In this document: positions 29,975 through 41,634 of the stretch, one piece after another
Layout of the letters: the number at the start of each line of letters is the position of its first letter
Numbering within the stretch: position 1 is the first letter of the stretch
Origin: an uncultured delta proteobacterium
GTDB taxonomy: Bacteria > Desulfobacterota > Desulfobacteria > Desulfobacterales > UBA2156
Direction of reading: 5' to 3'
NCBI GenBank assembly: GCA_963736855.1
Contig: CAVTQK010000009.1
Coordinates: 352,001-416,000 of the forward strand
Length of the DNA: 64,000 bases
Program-made: the position numbers and the translations under genes
Notes under the pieces: model-generated
What the model was told of the DNA's origin: nothing
What the model saw: only the letters and a program-made list of their open reading frames with translations
Database searches by the model: none

Positions 29975-30562
29975 ATGAACACGTTGGATGCCATGAAGCA
30001 GGAACTGATCCGGCTGCTTTGCGACAAGTCCTTCCAGTACAGCCGGGAACCGAAATTCAAACTGGTCTCGGGAGGAACAAGCCGGTTTTACGTAAACTGT
30101 AAACCGGTCACCCTGAGCCCCCGGGGGATGATTCTTATCGGGCATTTGATTTATAGCCAAATTCAGGGATTATCGGCGGACGCCGTCGGCGGCATGACCT
30201 TCGGTGCCGATCCCATAGCATGTGCCGTTGCTTTTGTCTCGGGTTTGAAAGAAACACCGATCAAGGCCTTTTCCATCCGCAAGAACCAAAAGGATCATGG
30301 GATCGTCCGCTGGATCGAGGGCGACGTTTATCCCGGTGAGCGGGTGGTGGTCATTGACGATGTAGCCACCACAGGTGGATCTACCATTCAGGCTATTGAG
30401 CGGTCCCGCTCGGAAGGGCTTACGGTCGTCAGGGCGGTGATCTTGGTGGACCGGCAGGAGGGCGGCCTCGAGAATATCCGAAAGGTGGTTCCGGAGGTCT
30501 CGGCCGTCGTTACCCGAGAAGAGCTGATGGCCTGCCGGATATCCTTACACAAGACCGATTAG
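29975..30562 (+). CDS. pyrE: Orotate phosphoribosyltransferase
   Basis: [41 protein letters not shown]. Confidence 0.92.
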   Translation: MNTLDAMKQELIRLLCDKSFQYSREPKFKLVSGGTSRFYVNCKPVTLSPRGMILIGHLIYSQIQGLSADAVGGMTFGADPIACAVAFVSGLKETPIKAFSIRKNQKDHGIVRWIEGDVYPGERVVVIDDVATTGGSTIQAIERSRSEGLTVVRAVILVDRQEGGLENIRKVVPEVSAVVTREELMACRISLHKTD

Positions 30563-30571
30563 ACCGACCAA

Positions 30572-30952
30572 TCAATCGACAGCCACGGTATAGGTGGCAC
30601 AGGCATCATCCGATTCCCATGCAGTAACCCGGGTCACCCGGAGGCCGGGTTCCCGGATGGCCGCCTGAAGTCGCTTCGCAATCAGGGCCGCAATGTTTTC
30701 CGAAGACGGTGCGACCTGATCCTGGAATCCTTCGAGCTCGTTTAAAAACCGATGGTCCAGCTCTCCAACAATTTCGGACAGATGTTTTTTAATCTCCCCG
30801 AAATCGATCAGCACTCCGGTATGGTTTAGATTTTCCCCCGCAACACAGGCCTCAATCTTCCAGTTGTGTCCATGCAGGTTTTCACATTTTTTGGACACCA
30901 TTTTCAGCTGATGGGCGGCAGCAAAGCGGGTGATCACTTTCAATTCATACAC
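30572..30952 (-). CDS. queD: 6-carboxytetrahydropterin synthase
   Basis: FAAAHQL, CENLHGHNW, LDHRFLN, PSSENIA, WES; GTG start inferred. Confidence 0.92.
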   Translation of the reverse strand: MYELKVITRFAAAHQLKMVSKKCENLHGHNWKIEACVAGENLNHTGVLIDFGEIKKHLSEIVGELDHRFLNELEGFQDQVAPSSENIAALIAKRLQAAIREPGLRVTRVTAWESDDACATYTVAVD

Positions 30953-31023
30953 GTCAAGGGTCCTTTGAAGGATCGGGTCTATCCCATGATACGATCCGGA
31001 TGGATGAGGTGTTTTAACCGCCA

Positions 31024-32139
31024 TCAATTCCGGGTGCTCAGGGTCTCCCCTTTAAGGATATTTTTCAATTTATTGGAAAACTTGCCGGCTTCCAGTTTGG
31101 CGAACTCCCTTAAAAGCGATTCCTGTTTCTTGCTCAAGTGGGTGGGGGTCTTGACAAGGACCTGCACAACCTGGTTCCCCCGCTTTCCGTTGCGCAAAGA
31201 CGGGATTCCTTCTCCCTGAAGCCGGAAGATATCTCCCGGTTGGGTTCCCTTGGGAATCTCGAGTGATTTCTTTCCATTAAGGGTAGGAACACTGATGGTG
31301 TCGCCCAGGGCAGCCTGGACAAATGATAGAGGGATCTGGCAGAGGATATCCGTATTTTCCCGGTGGAAGAACTCGTGGGGTCTGACATGAATGAAGACGT
31401 ATAGATCTCCCGGAGGTCCGCCGTACATACCGGCTTCTCCCTCTCCTGTGAGGCGTAGCCGGGAGCCGTTGTCCACGCCCGCGGGAATTTTCACAGCCAC
31501 CTTTTTCCGGACTTGTTCCTTTCCCGAGCCTCGGCAGCCGGTGCAGGGATTCGGAATCGTCTGCCCGTTTCCATTGCAGCCGGGGCATGTCGTCCGGACC
31601 GTGAAAAATCCCTGGTTCCTGGAGACCTGGCCGGACCCCCCGCAGTAGCGACATTTTTCCGGAAAGGTGCCGGGGGCGCATCCGCTGCCTGAACAGGCAG
31701 AACAAACCTGTTCCTTTTCCACCTCGATTTGGGTGTCCACACCCCGTGCGGCTTCCATGAAGTCGAGTTCGAGGTCGTAACGCAGGTCCGTCCCACGGTC
31801 GGATCTGGATCTAGCGCTTCTATTACCCCCAAAACCGAAAAAGTCCTCGAATATATCTCCAAAGCTTGAGAATATGTCATCAAATCCCCGGAAACCGGAG
31901 AAACCGGACCCTTCAAGGCCCCGATGGCCGAATTGATTGTAAATGTCCCGCTTTTGGGCGTCCCGGAGGACATCGTAGGCCTCGGCCGCTTCTTTAAATT
32001 TTTCTTCGGCGGATTGGTCCCCGGGATTCCGGTCCGGGTGGTATTTCAAGGCCAATTTTCGGTAGACGGCCTTGATCTCATCTCCTGTGGCGTCGCGGCC
32101 GACACCCAAGACTTCGTAATAATCCCTTTTGGTTCCCAT
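31024..32139 (-). CDS. dnaJ: Chaperone DnaJ
   Basis: DYYEVLG, HPD, G/F region, four CxxCxGxG repeats. Confidence 0.97.
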   Translation of the reverse strand: MGTKRDYYEVLGVGRDATGDEIKAVYRKLALKYHPDRNPGDQSAEEKFKEAAEAYDVLRDAQKRDIYNQFGHRGLEGSGFSGFRGFDDIFSSFGDIFEDFFGFGGNRSARSRSDRGTDLRYDLELDFMEAARGVDTQIEVEKEQVCSACSGSGCAPGTFPEKCRYCGGSGQVSRNQGFFTVRTTCPGCNGNGQTIPNPCTGCRGSGKEQVRKKVAVKIPAGVDNGSRLRLTGEGEAGMYGGPPGDLYVFIHVRPHEFFHRENTDILCQIPLSFVQAALGDTISVPTLNGKKSLEIPKGTQPGDIFRLQGEGIPSLRNGKRGNQVVQVLVKTPTHLSKKQESLLREFAKLEAGKFSNKLKNILKGETLSTRN

Positions 32140-32266
32140 ATTTTTAACGGTCTGATACAATTGAATTATAACGTATAATTCTTTAACTTAATGCATAAAT
32201 GCCGGTTGTCAATTGAATCGGGTTATCTTAAAAAACGGCATGCTGGAATTTTAATGTCAGCAGGGT

Positions 32267-33925
32267 TTACCCCAGAAATGGCCGCCGTAAGATGGTATCT
32301 TTTTTCCATCGATGATCGTCCTGTAAGGGATAGGCGATGTTATAATGAAGTCCGCGGCTTTCCTTGCGATGCAAGGCACTGCGGATGATCAGTTCGGCCA
32401 CCGTGGCGATATTTCTCAACTCAATGAGATCTGGATCCACCTTGAAATCCCAATAATATTCCTGGATTTCATTGACGATGAGTTCGATACGCCGCTTGGC
32501 CCTGGCCAGCCGCTTATCGGACCTGACGATACCCACGTAATTCCACATGAGCCTTCGAATCTCGTCCCAGTTCTGGGACACCACGATCCTTTCGTCGCTG
32601 TCGGAGGTTCCCATCGGATCCCAGGGCGGCAGGTCCGGGAAAGGTTCTCCGGGCAGCACCGCTTGATCCCGGACTGCCTGGCAGGATGCGTTGTGAGCAT
32701 AAACGAGGGCCTCGAGCAGCGAGTTGCTGGCCAATCGATTCGCACCGTGGAGGCCCGTACAAGCAGTTTCGCCGATGGCATACAAACGGTGGATATCGGT
32801 CTTCCCGTTCATGTCCGTAACGATCCCTCCGCACATGTAATGGGCAGCAGGCACCACCGGTATGGGCTGACGGGTCATATCGATCCCGAATTCAAGGCAC
32901 TTTTGGTAAAGGTTGGGAAATCGCTCGCGGATGAAATCCGAGTTTTTATGAGAGATATCCAGAAAGACGCAATCCTGGCCGCTGGCTTTTAGCTCTGTGT
33001 CGATGGCCCGAGCCACAACATCCCGACAGGCTAAGTCCTTACTTGGATCGTAGTCTCCCATGAACGCCTTGCCCGATGCATCGACGATCACCCCGCCTTC
33101 CCCCCGAACCGCTTCCGAGATGAGAAAGTTTTTAGCCTGTGGATGAAAAAGGCATGTGGGATGAAATTGCACAAACTCGAGATTGGCTACCGTGGCACCG
33201 GCACGATAGCCCATGGCAATACCGTCCCCGGTGGCAATATCCGGATTGCTGGTATACAGATAGACCTTTCCCGCTCCTCCGGTTGCAAGGACCGTGACTT
33301 TGGCCGAAAATGTTTTTACATACGCTCTTTTTCGATCCATCACGTACGCGCCACAGCAGATTGCTTCATGAGTGGTGGTGATAAGCCCCCGCTTCATCCT
33401 TGTGGAAATGGTGATCAGATCGACGGCGATGTGGTTCTCGAATAATCGGATGTTGGGGTGGCTTTTCACTCGGTCGACAAGAACCCGCTCCACCTCCCGG
33501 CCGGTCATATCACGGGCATGAACGATCCGCTTTCGGGAATGTCCCCCTTCCTGTCCCAGATGAAAAGGAAACGGTGAACCCGAGAATTCGCTCTGTTCTT
33601 GACCTTTCTGCAGGCTGAATGAAACGCCCATCTCCATCAACTCGCGGATCCGTTCTGGACCTTCTTTCACCACCATCTCCACCACGTCCGGATGACACAA
33701 CCCGGCGCCTGCAGCCAGGGTGTCCTTAATATGCAGGTCAAAGGAATCCGTATCCCCAAGGACGGAGGCGATACCGCCCTGGGCCAGGTTGGTATTGCTT
33801 TCCACTGCCGCTTTCTTGGTCACCATGGCCACCCGGCCGTGATCTGCAACCTTTAAGGCAAAAGAAAGCCCGGCGATCCCGCTGCCGATGATCAGAAAGT
33901 CCGACTGAATCTCTTCTTCCATCAT
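32267..33925 (-). CDS. nadB: L-aspartate oxidase
   Basis: GSGIAGL, AQGGIA, EGGHS..RIVHA, QFHPT, LISEAVRGEG, GLHGANRLASNSLLE. Confidence 0.96.
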   Translation of the reverse strand: MMEEEIQSDFLIIGSGIAGLSFALKVADHGRVAMVTKKAAVESNTNLAQGGIASVLGDTDSFDLHIKDTLAAGAGLCHPDVVEMVVKEGPERIRELMEMGVSFSLQKGQEQSEFSGSPFPFHLGQEGGHSRKRIVHARDMTGREVERVLVDRVKSHPNIRLFENHIAVDLITISTRMKRGLITTTHEAICCGAYVMDRKRAYVKTFSAKVTVLATGGAGKVYLYTSNPDIATGDGIAMGYRAGATVANLEFVQFHPTCLFHPQAKNFLISEAVRGEGGVIVDASGKAFMGDYDPSKDLACRDVVARAIDTELKASGQDCVFLDISHKNSDFIRERFPNLYQKCLEFGIDMTRQPIPVVPAAHYMCGGIVTDMNGKTDIHRLYAIGETACTGLHGANRLASNSLLEALVYAHNASCQAVRDQAVLPGEPFPDLPPWDPMGTSDSDERIVVSQNWDEIRRLMWNYVGIVRSDKRLARAKRRIELIVNEIQEYYWDFKVDPDLIELRNIATVAELIIRSALHRKESRGLHYNIAYPLQDDHRWKKDTILRRPFLG

Positions 33926-33942
33926 TTTTCAAGCCTGTTTCA

Positions 33943-34597
33943 TCACAAAAAAGAAGACCGTTTCCGCTGGCGCTTCGAACTGAAGCCGATGAGAAATCCC
34001 ACGACCAGCACGCCTGCGCCGCTCAGAAACCACCAAATATTTTGACGCAATTGCAGCCTTGTCAGATCTTTATCGTAATTCTCGGCCCGTTGAGTTATCT
34101 CTTTTAGTGCAGCCGCAGATTTTTCGTATTTGCCTTTCAGATCCAAATAATTCGAAGACCCCGTCTTCAGGGCTTCATGCTCCGATTTGAGTGCGGCCAG
34201 CTCGGCCCGGGTTTCTTCGAGCTCTTTTGTAAATTGCTTGACTTCCCCTGAAAGTCGAGTGTTTGTCGATGAAAGGTCGGCAAGTTTTTCCTTTTGACTT
34301 GTATTTTCCCGCCTGAGAGCCTCCACCAACAAGATGCTTGGAGGGTCAGTAGTCAGATGACGGGTCGACATCCACCCTTCTTTGCCATCCAATACTTGAA
34401 CTCTATTCCAATCTTCACGTTTTTCCAGCGATTCCACTTTCTGGCCGGCATTGACCATGTCGATAATCCGATAATCCATCCCCGGTCCGGATCTTAACGG
34501 CATTCGTGACAGAATCGCTGACAAACAACGTTTCGCCCCATGCATTCCAAGCGATCAACATCAAAGATGCAAAGAAAACCAAAAGCCGTCTCATCAC
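33943..34597 (-). CDS. SH3 domain protein (TIGR04211/YgiM-like); +1 frameshift near 34504
   Basis: Signal peptide in ORF 34415-34597; LRSGPG..YRII, coiled coil and C-terminal WFLSGAGV TM in ORF 33943-34545. Confidence 0.82.
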
Positions 34598-34815
34598 CCC
34601 TATACTCCTTTTGGATCCATTTTTTCTCTATGGGTTTGAATGTTTTACCTTTTATCGTTGACGCACCTTTCATTTAGCATTATATATAGAATTTGGTCAA
34701 CCCCGCCTTCTTAAAAAAGGCGGGATATGAAGGGAACCCGATCGGTCCCGGCGCAATTTCCGGGAGAAATTTATTCATTTCAGCCCTATAAATCGATAAG
34801 ACACGCTGAAACGCC

Positions 34816-35235
34816 ATGATTATTTTCGATTTGAAATGTTCCAACGGGCATGTCTTCGAGGGATGGTTCGAAGATGCGAAAGCCTTTGAAAAACAGTGCC
34901 GCGAAAACCTTGTTACATGCCCGGTTTGTGAGGATACCGATATATCAAAAATTTTTTCTCCGTTTGCAATTAAATCGTCTCCCGGTTTCCAAGATTCCAC
35001 CCCCCCGTTAAAAGAAATGGAGCAGATGGGGGAAAAAATCGCTGAATTCGTGGAAAAGCACTTCGATAACGTGGGGTGTAATTTTGCAAGTGAAGCCCTG
35101 AAGATTCACTACGGGGTCATCGAACCGAGAAACATCCGCGGCGTCAGTACGGAGCAGGAAGAAAAGACGCTCAAAGAAGAAGGCATCGAATTTTTCAAAA
35201 TCCCCGCGCTTCCCTCGGAAAAAACCGACGCCTAG
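34816..35235 (+). CDS. DUF1178 family protein
   Basis: MIIFDLKC..GH.FEGWF, CPVC, VG.NFASEALKIHYG..RNIRG. Confidence 0.85.
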   Translation: MIIFDLKCSNGHVFEGWFEDAKAFEKQCRENLVTCPVCEDTDISKIFSPFAIKSSPGFQDSTPPLKEMEQMGEKIAEFVEKHFDNVGCNFASEALKIHYGVIEPRNIRGVSTEQEEKTLKEEGIEFFKIPALPSEKTDA

Positions 35236-35239
35236 CCAT

Positions 35240-35392
35240 GATGGCTTCGTAAAAAGTCCATCTGCTGCGTTGCACTGCATCCTTCGTCATTGCGGTGTAC
35301 CCACATGTACGCCTCATTCCTCAGGATTTGCGCGCCTTGCATCTGAAGCTTTTTTCTTTGCCATCCCAATTTTGAGTTTTTACAATTTCATA
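35240..35392. mobile_element. 153-bp MITE-like element, copy 2
   Basis: Same sequence and length as copy 1; flanks AGCCAT / AACCGT (degenerate duplication); between convergent genes. Confidence 0.88.
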
Positions 35393-35955
35393 AACCGTGA
35401 CGGCTTTTAAATAGAATCCATTGTGCGGCGCCGTACAGATCCGGTGCCACATAGTCGGACATTGACCCTTTTTCCACAAGCCGCTTTTCGGTTTCGCAAC
35501 CGCTTTCCTGTTCGAACCAAAACAGTATATCTGCAGCCTGCAGCCCTTGCGCAGAGGATATCCTTCTCGCTGTCCCCTACCATAAAAGCCGTCGACAGAT
35601 CGATTTCATACCGCTCTTGTGCCGTAATGATGAGGCCGGGTTTCGGCTTTCGGCAGGTGCAGCCGTCCTCTGGGAGGTGGGGACAGTAAAAAACATCCCG
35701 AATTTTTCCACCGCGACTCTGAACGGCAGCAAGCATCTTTCGGTGAAGTATTTCCAGGTCCGGTGCCGTCATCAACTTCCGGTTGACGACTGACTGGTTG
35801 GTGATCACAAAAAGTTCCAATCCACCGGCATAAAGATCGGCGATGGCCTCCAGACTTTTCGGGATAAAGAAAAATTCCTCCCAGCTTTTTACATAGTTCG
35901 GGGAGTCCTCGTTGATGACGCCATCGCGATCCATGAAAACAACTTTTTTCAGCAT
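35388..35955 (-). CDS. gmhB: D-glycero-D-manno-heptose 1,7-bisphosphate phosphatase; +1 frameshift near 35505
   Basis: DRDGVIN, TNQS, CPH..C.CRKPKPG, MVGD. The shifted frame continues ..DYVAPDLYGAAQWI.. to a stop at 35388-35390. Confidence 0.88.
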
Positions 35956-35970
35956 GCCGTCCCTTGGCTG

Positions 35971-36726
35971 CTATTCGGCCACTACAAAAGCCTGGGTAAA
36001 CCCGTTTTCAATGAGATAGGCTTCATACTGGGTGGCCTCTTCCAGATTATTGGTGCGGCCTAAACGAATCCTGTAAAAGGTAGAACGGCCGTCAAAATAT
36101 TCCGAGATATGAACGTTTTTATACGTCTTGGAGAGCGACTGTGCCAGATGCTCGGCATTGGACCGGTCTGAAAAGGCCCCCACCTGGATCGTAAAATTAC
36201 CAGAAAAGTAATTGGGTGCGACATAAGACCCCGTTTGAGGGGGCGCGCCAACCCCAGATTCCGGTTTACCTAGGGCCACGATCTCCACGGGTCCGGTTCC
36301 CGAATTAAAGATTCCGATCTCCTTTGCCGCCCGGGCGGAAAGATCGATGACTCTGTCCCGGACAAAGGGTCCCCGATCGTTGATCCGCACCTTAATTTCC
36401 CGCCCGTTTTCCAGGTGTTTTACACCTACCATGGTGCCCAGAGGAAGGGTTTTATGGGCAGCAGTCAGTGCATTCATATCGTAGGTCTCGCCGTTTGACG
36501 TGCGTTTTCCGTGAAAATCGTCGCCGTACCAGGATGCGGTTCCGTGCTGCCGAAATCCCCTGGCATCGGGAATCGGCTGGTACCATTTCCCCATGACCCT
36601 ATAGGGTCTAGGGTATCCAGGTGGCGCCTGAGGGGGGGGAGCGGTACCGCAGGCGTGGAGAAAGACCGCCAGATATCCGGCAGCCGTCAGAATAAAAAAT
36701 CCGGTAAGGAAACGACGCTTTCTCAA
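35971..36726 (-). CDS. rlpA: Septal ring lytic transglycosylase RlpA (lipoprotein, SPOR)
   Basis: Lipobox LHAC, ASWYG, TAAHKTLP, INDRGPF, C-terminal SPOR (IQVGAF). Confidence 0.93.
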   Translation of the reverse strand: MRKRRFLTGFFILTAAGYLAVFLHACGTAPPPQAPPGYPRPYRVMGKWYQPIPDARGFRQHGTASWYGDDFHGKRTSNGETYDMNALTAAHKTLPLGTMVGVKHLENGREIKVRINDRGPFVRDRVIDLSARAAKEIGIFNSGTGPVEIVALGKPESGVGAPPQTGSYVAPNYFSGNFTIQVGAFSDRSNAEHLAQSLSKTYKNVHISEYFDGRSTFYRIRLGRTNNLEEATQYEAYLIENGFTQAFVVAE

Positions 36727-36740
36727 GTTAATCCCATAGA

Positions 36741-39086
36741 CTACTTTTGGAGGGCCAGTTTGAGAACGTCCATCATCCTGTCGACAAATTGGAACTGGAT
36801 CTGACGTTGGACCTTTTTCGGAATGTCTTCCAAGTCCTTTTTATTCTGCCTGGGTAGGATCACCGTCTGAATTCCCATACGATGCGCAGCTAAAACTTTT
36901 TCCTTTATCCCGCCCACCGGCAATACTTGGCCTCTGAGGGTAATCTCCCCGGTCATGGCCAGGTCGTTTTTAACCATTTTCCCGGTTAAAAGGGATGCCA
37001 GGGAGGTGAGCATGGTGACGCCGGCAGAGGGTCCGTCTTTGGGAATGGCACCGGCCGGCAGATGAATATGCACATCCATATTCGCATAGAAATCTTCAGC
37101 GATGCCCAGTTCTACGGCATGGGAACGGATGAAACTCAAGGCGGTAGTGGCCGATTCCTTCATGATATCACCCAGTTGTCCGGTGAGGGTCAGGCCGCCT
37201 TTTCCTTTCATGACGGTTGCCTCCACGAACAGAATCTCCCCGCCGGCCTGGGTCCAGGCCAACCCTGTGGCGACTCCCGGTGCCTGGGTACGAGTGGTCT
37301 CCTCTGTCGTGAATCTCACATGTCCCAGGTACCGAGAAACATCTTTGACCCGAATGGAGATCGCTTCGGATTCTCCTTCGGCGATCCGGCTGGCCACACC
37401 CCGGCAGATGGATGCGATTTCGCGCTCAAGATTCCTCAAGCCCGCTTCCCGCGTATAGCCGTTAATGATGCGGCGAATGACCCCCCTGGAAAATTCGATC
37501 TGTTTCTCTGAAAGGCCATGGGCTTCACGCTGCCGGGGGATCAGGAACTTCTTGGCAATCTTGATCTTTTCGTCATCCGTGTAACCCATGAGCCTGATCA
37601 CTTCCATCCGATCAAGCAAGGGTGGAGGAATGGTGTCCAGGATATTGGCCGTGGTGATAAACATGACCTTGGACAGGTCAAAGGGGACATCGAGATAATG
37701 ATCCGAAAAGGAGAAGTTCTGCTCCGGATCCAAAACTTCCAGCAATGCCGAAGACGGGTCTCCCCTGAAGTCGCTTCCCAGTTTGTCGATCTCATCGAGC
37801 ATGAAAACCGGGTTATTCGACTCGCACCGGCGGATCCCCTGGATAATGCGGCCGGGAAGAGCCCCGACATAGGTCCGGCGATGCCCCCGGATCTCCGCCT
37901 CGTCCCGAACCCCACCTAACGAAATCCGATGGAATTTTCTTCCCATCGCCCGGGCGATGGATCGACCCAAGGAGGTCTTCCCGGTTCCAGGGGGACCGAC
38001 GAAACAGAGTATGGGTCCCTTGGAGTCCGGTTTGAGCTTTCGAACCGCCAGGTATTCGATGATGCGTTTTTTGGCCTTATCCAGGCCGAAATGGTCTTCG
38101 TCCAGAATTCTTCTTGCCTTTTTAATGTCCAGGACATCCTCGGTGCTCTCGTGCCAGGGCAGAGAAACCAGCCAGTCGAGATAGGTGGAGGCCACTGTAT
38201 ATTCCGACGAAGACGGATGCATGCGGGATAGACGATTCAGTTCGCGATCGGCTTCTTTCCGGACTTCTTCCGGGAGATTTTTTTTCTCAATCTTGGCCCG
38301 ATACTCTCCCACTTCGAACTGGGTTTCGTCCTTTTCTCCCAATTCTTCCTGAATGGCCTTCAACTGCTGGCGCAGATAGTAATCCCGCTGCTGTTTGTCC
38401 ATTCCCTCCTTGACCTGGCTTTGGATCTTATTTCCAAGCTCCAGGATCTCCTTTTGACGGTTGGCCTGCCGCAGAAGTTCCTTAAGCCGTTGCTTTAATT
38501 CTAGGGTCTCCAGGATCCTCTGCTTTTCTTCGAGAGTTGAGTTGATGGTGGAGGTTACCATGTCCGCCAGAGTACCGGGCTCCTGGATGGACTTGGCCAT
38601 TTGTATCATTTCCGACGGCAGACCCGGTGAAAGTTCCACGATTCGGATGAAAAGACCAACGAGGTTAGCCATCATGGCCTCGATCTCCGTGTCCTTTTTA
38701 TCTGCTTCCTGGATGTACTCGACGCGGGCCTGGAGGTAAGGTTTTCCATCAACAAATTCTTTGACCCGAAACCGCTTCATCCCCTGAACCAGAAGCTGGG
38801 CATGGTTCTCATCGGGTTTGGCCATCTTGAGAATCATGGCGCTGGTTCCCATCTGAAATAAGTCTTCCGGACCGTACTTGTCCTTGGAAGCTTGCTTGGA
38901 CACCAAGAGTCCGAAAATGCGATCCCCTGTCATGGCCTCGTCGACGAGCCGGATGGAATCCTCCTGTATGACCATCAAGGGAAGAACCATCTTCGGGAAA
39001 AGGACTGCATCAAAAAGAGGAAGAATGGGAAGGAGTTCGGGTAGCTTGTCGATATTCACATTAATGGGTGACTGCTGTTCGGTCAT
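36741..39086 (-). CDS. lon: ATP-dependent protease La
   Basis: [36 protein letters not shown]. Confidence 0.97.
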   Translation of the reverse strand: MTEQQSPINVNIDKLPELLPILPLFDAVLFPKMVLPLMVIQEDSIRLVDEAMTGDRIFGLLVSKQASKDKYGPEDLFQMGTSAMILKMAKPDENHAQLLVQGMKRFRVKEFVDGKPYLQARVEYIQEADKKDTEIEAMMANLVGLFIRIVELSPGLPSEMIQMAKSIQEPGTLADMVTSTINSTLEEKQRILETLELKQRLKELLRQANRQKEILELGNKIQSQVKEGMDKQQRDYYLRQQLKAIQEELGEKDETQFEVGEYRAKIEKKNLPEEVRKEADRELNRLSRMHPSSSEYTVASTYLDWLVSLPWHESTEDVLDIKKARRILDEDHFGLDKAKKRIIEYLAVRKLKPDSKGPILCFVGPPGTGKTSLGRSIARAMGRKFHRISLGGVRDEAEIRGHRRTYVGALPGRIIQGIRRCESNNPVFMLDEIDKLGSDFRGDPSSALLEVLDPEQNFSFSDHYLDVPFDLSKVMFITTANILDTIPPPLLDRMEVIRLMGYTDDEKIKIAKKFLIPRQREAHGLSEKQIEFSRGVIRRIINGYTREAGLRNLEREIASICRGVASRIAEGESEAISIRVKDVSRYLGHVRFTTEETTRTQAPGVATGLAWTQAGGEILFVEATVMKGKGGLTLTGQLGDIMKESATTALSFIRSHAVELGIAEDFYANMDVHIHLPAGAIPKDGPSAGVTMLTSLASLLTGKMVKNDLAMTGEITLRGQVLPVGGIKEKVLAAHRMGIQTVILPRQNKKDLEDIPKKVQRQIQFQFVDRMMDVLKLALQK

Positions 39087-39301
39087 GGTTACCTCCGACC
39101 TTCAATATCACTTGAGTTCGCTTCAATCACATCTTCGGCCAACAAATCTGTTTGAGGCAGAATCGATATCATTATAAGTATTTCCAAATTGAGAGGTTAC
39201 TCTGAAAAGAATGCCGCGCTAAAAATCGAATCGTTCGATAAACCGCTTTGATGGGAGCGCCAGCGTGAAATGACAGATACCATGAGCACCCAAGGGTCAT
39301 G

Positions 39302-39754
39302 CTATCCTTCTGAGATAGGGATCTTTATGACAATATCCCGTGGAACTTTGGCCAGATGAATCCGAAGCAACCCATTGGAAAAGGAAGCGCTCACCGTTTC
39401 GGTATCAATAGGTGTAGGAAGAAATAAAACGCGCTCAAACCGGCCGTACTGGATCTCTGCCAGACGGTAGGTGCTATTTTCAACCTTGGACAGATATGAT
39501 CGGTTGCCGTGGATCCTCACCGCCTTACTGTTGATTTCCACTTCCAGCTGATCCTTTTCCACCCCTGCCAATTCGGCAAGAATAATGATTTCCTCCGGTG
39601 TTTCGTAAATATCCATCTGGGGCAGCCAGCTTCGTTCCGAAGTGGTGAACATGGGGCTGACCGGCCGGGGTCGGAAGATATTTTGGAACGCTTTCTCAAA
39701 ACCGACACTCAACCGCTCGAGGTCGTCTCCAAAGCGAATTTTGATGTAATCCAT
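39302..39754 (-). CDS. Hsp20/alpha-crystallin small heat shock protein
   Basis: P.MDIYET, ELAGV, EIQYGRFER, NGLL; upstream of lon. Confidence 0.9.
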   Translation of the reverse strand: MDYIKIRFGDDLERLSVGFEKAFQNIFRPRPVSPMFTTSERSWLPQMDIYETPEEIIILAELAGVEKDQLEVEINSKAVRIHGNRSYLSKVENSTYRLAEIQYGRFERVLFLPTPIDTETVSASFSNGLLRIHLAKVPRDIVIKIPISEG

Positions 39755-40179
39755 TTCATTCTCCTTGTCGCCGTCGGATTCGTGTAAATTCCCCGCCGGC
39801 TGAAACCGGTATCTTTAAGAGCCGGGGGATTCAAGAACTCAAGGATTCCTTTTTATTACCCATATTTCCTTGGATCTTGAACCCCTTTAGGACAAAAAAC
39901 GATCAGAAAGCATCGTATTAGAGCCATTAAAGCAGATTTATTTCTCCCAATCTCCAAAAAGGACACCGAATAAATGGAACGAATAAACCTCAATAAAATA
40001 GCATCCCTTGTAGGATTTGTAAAGGGCAACACGCTTATGACTTTGCTCTGGAAGGAGTGCGCTTGGCCCTGGGTAAGATTCCGAACGACGGGCGTGATAT
40101 CGGCTTCCGGACTGATTATCCATTATGAACCGGAGTGTTCCTCCTTGCTTTTGGAAGTCGAATACTCTATTCCCAAGCT

Positions 40180-41340
40180 ATGCATCCGACCGTCTCCGGT
40201 TCCGGGCGCCTGATGCTCGGTTTCCAGTATTTCCTGCACTTCAGCGTTATGGGAATCGTCCTTCCTTATTTCAACCTATATTGCTTTCACATCGGCTTGA
40301 CCGGGTTTGAAATCGGAGCGTTATCCGCCCTGCGTTCGGCGACCTTGGTTCTCTTCTCTCTGGTGTGGAGTACCCTGGCCGATCGGTACTCGGCAAGAAA
40401 ACCCATATACATCCTCTGCATTTTTACCAGCACCGGAATTTGGTCCCTTTACCTTTTCACAGTCGACTTCTGGATGATCCTGGCCATCACGCTGATTTAC
40501 GGCATCTTCTATTCCTCGATCATCTCATTTTTGGAAGCTTTTACAATGGATGCCCTGGGTGTCGAAAAGACGCGCTATGGATCTATCCGAGCCTGGGGCT
40601 CTGTTTCCTTTATCGCAGTGGTCATTTTAATCGGGAAGATCATCGACCTTTACCGTATCGACATCATCCTCGTTCTAGTTCTTTTAGGCACCTCCTTACA
40701 AAGTATGGCCTCTTTCAAGATACCGGAAGTCAAACGATCCCGAAAACATCAGCCTTTCCTTTTCCCCATCACCCTTTTTCGGAAAGAGGTCATCGTATTT
40801 TTAGGCTGCGCATTCTTAATGCTGGCCAGCCACGGCGCCTATTACGCTTTTTTTTCCATTCATCTTGAAAGCCTCGGTTATACCAAGACCTTCATCGGAT
40901 TCGCCTGGGCCTTGGCTTCGCTGACCGAGATCGGGGTCATGATCCGTTCTAAAGCCATATTTGAAAACTACTCCCTGCATACCGTCTTGGTTTTTTCCTT
41001 CCTGGTGGCGGCCCTGCGGTGGGGATGCCTCATCTTTTTCCGGTCGGCCTTCACGATCCTGCTTTCCCAATGTCTTCATTCAATCACCTACGGTGCGTTT
41101 CATATGACCAGCATTCTTTACATGGACACCCTGGCCCCCGACGAGGCCAAGACCGTGGGTCAAGCCGCCAACAACGCCGTGACGTACGGACTTGGCCTGA
41201 TGGCCGGTTTTTTCGTGGCGGGCGCCTTGTATGAACCCATCGGCGCTAAAGGCCTTTTTGCCATCAGTGGGATCATCGCTCTTTCAGCGGGGGCTATTTT
41301 TCAGACCATGGGAAAACGAATTAAAGTTTTTCCACCTTGA
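40180..41340 (+). CDS. MFS transporter (HcaT/nucleoside permease-like)
   Basis: About 12 hydrophobic helices, YGSIRAWGS, SQCLHSITYG. The start is uncertain (40135-40213). Confidence 0.82.
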   Translation: MHPTVSGSGRLMLGFQYFLHFSVMGIVLPYFNLYCFHIGLTGFEIGALSALRSATLVLFSLVWSTLADRYSARKPIYILCIFTSTGIWSLYLFTVDFWMILAITLIYGIFYSSIISFLEAFTMDALGVEKTRYGSIRAWGSVSFIAVVILIGKIIDLYRIDIILVLVLLGTSLQSMASFKIPEVKRSRKHQPFLFPITLFRKEVIVFLGCAFLMLASHGAYYAFFSIHLESLGYTKTFIGFAWALASLTEIGVMIRSKAIFENYSLHTVLVFSFLVAALRWGCLIFFRSAFTILLSQCLHSITYGAFHMTSILYMDTLAPDEAKTVGQAANNAVTYGLGLMAGFFVAGALYEPIGAKGLFAISGIIALSAGAIFQTMGKRIKVFPP

Positions 41341-41418
41341 CTTGACATGGCTGTCGGCATTAATATTCAATTATAGTCGGAAACCAAAATCCCTAATTCC
41401 AACTGAAAGGAGGAAAAG

Positions 41419-41634
41419 ATGGGTGACAGTGTTTACAAGGTAATAGAGCTGGTGGGAACCAGCACGGTGTCATGGGAAGACGCGGCAAAAAATGCCATTG
41501 AACGCGCGTCCAAAACCTTGAGAGATCTAAGGATCGCAGAAGTTTCCAAGCTCGATATGAAGGTGGAAAACGGTAAGGTGGTCGCCTATCGGACCCGGGT
41601 ATCGCTCTCGTTCAAATACGAAGGCGGAGAATAA
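41419..41634 (+). CDS. Dodecin family protein
   Basis: VYKVIELVGTS..SWEDA..A.KTLR; AGGAGG SD. Confidence 0.9.
   Translation: MGDSVYKVIELVGTSTVSWEDAAKNAIERASKTLRDLRIAEVSKLDMKVENGKVVAYRTRVSLSFKYEGGE

Noticed and set aside
30953..31023. preQ1 riboswitch upstream of queD
   Set aside because: No recognisable preQ1 stem-loop with A-rich tail in the 70-bp spacer.
39111..39131. HAIR/CIRCE heat-shock operator near lon/hsp20
   Set aside because: Only isolated half-sites (CTTGAGT at 39111, ACTCAAG at 39837), with no complete inverted repeat.
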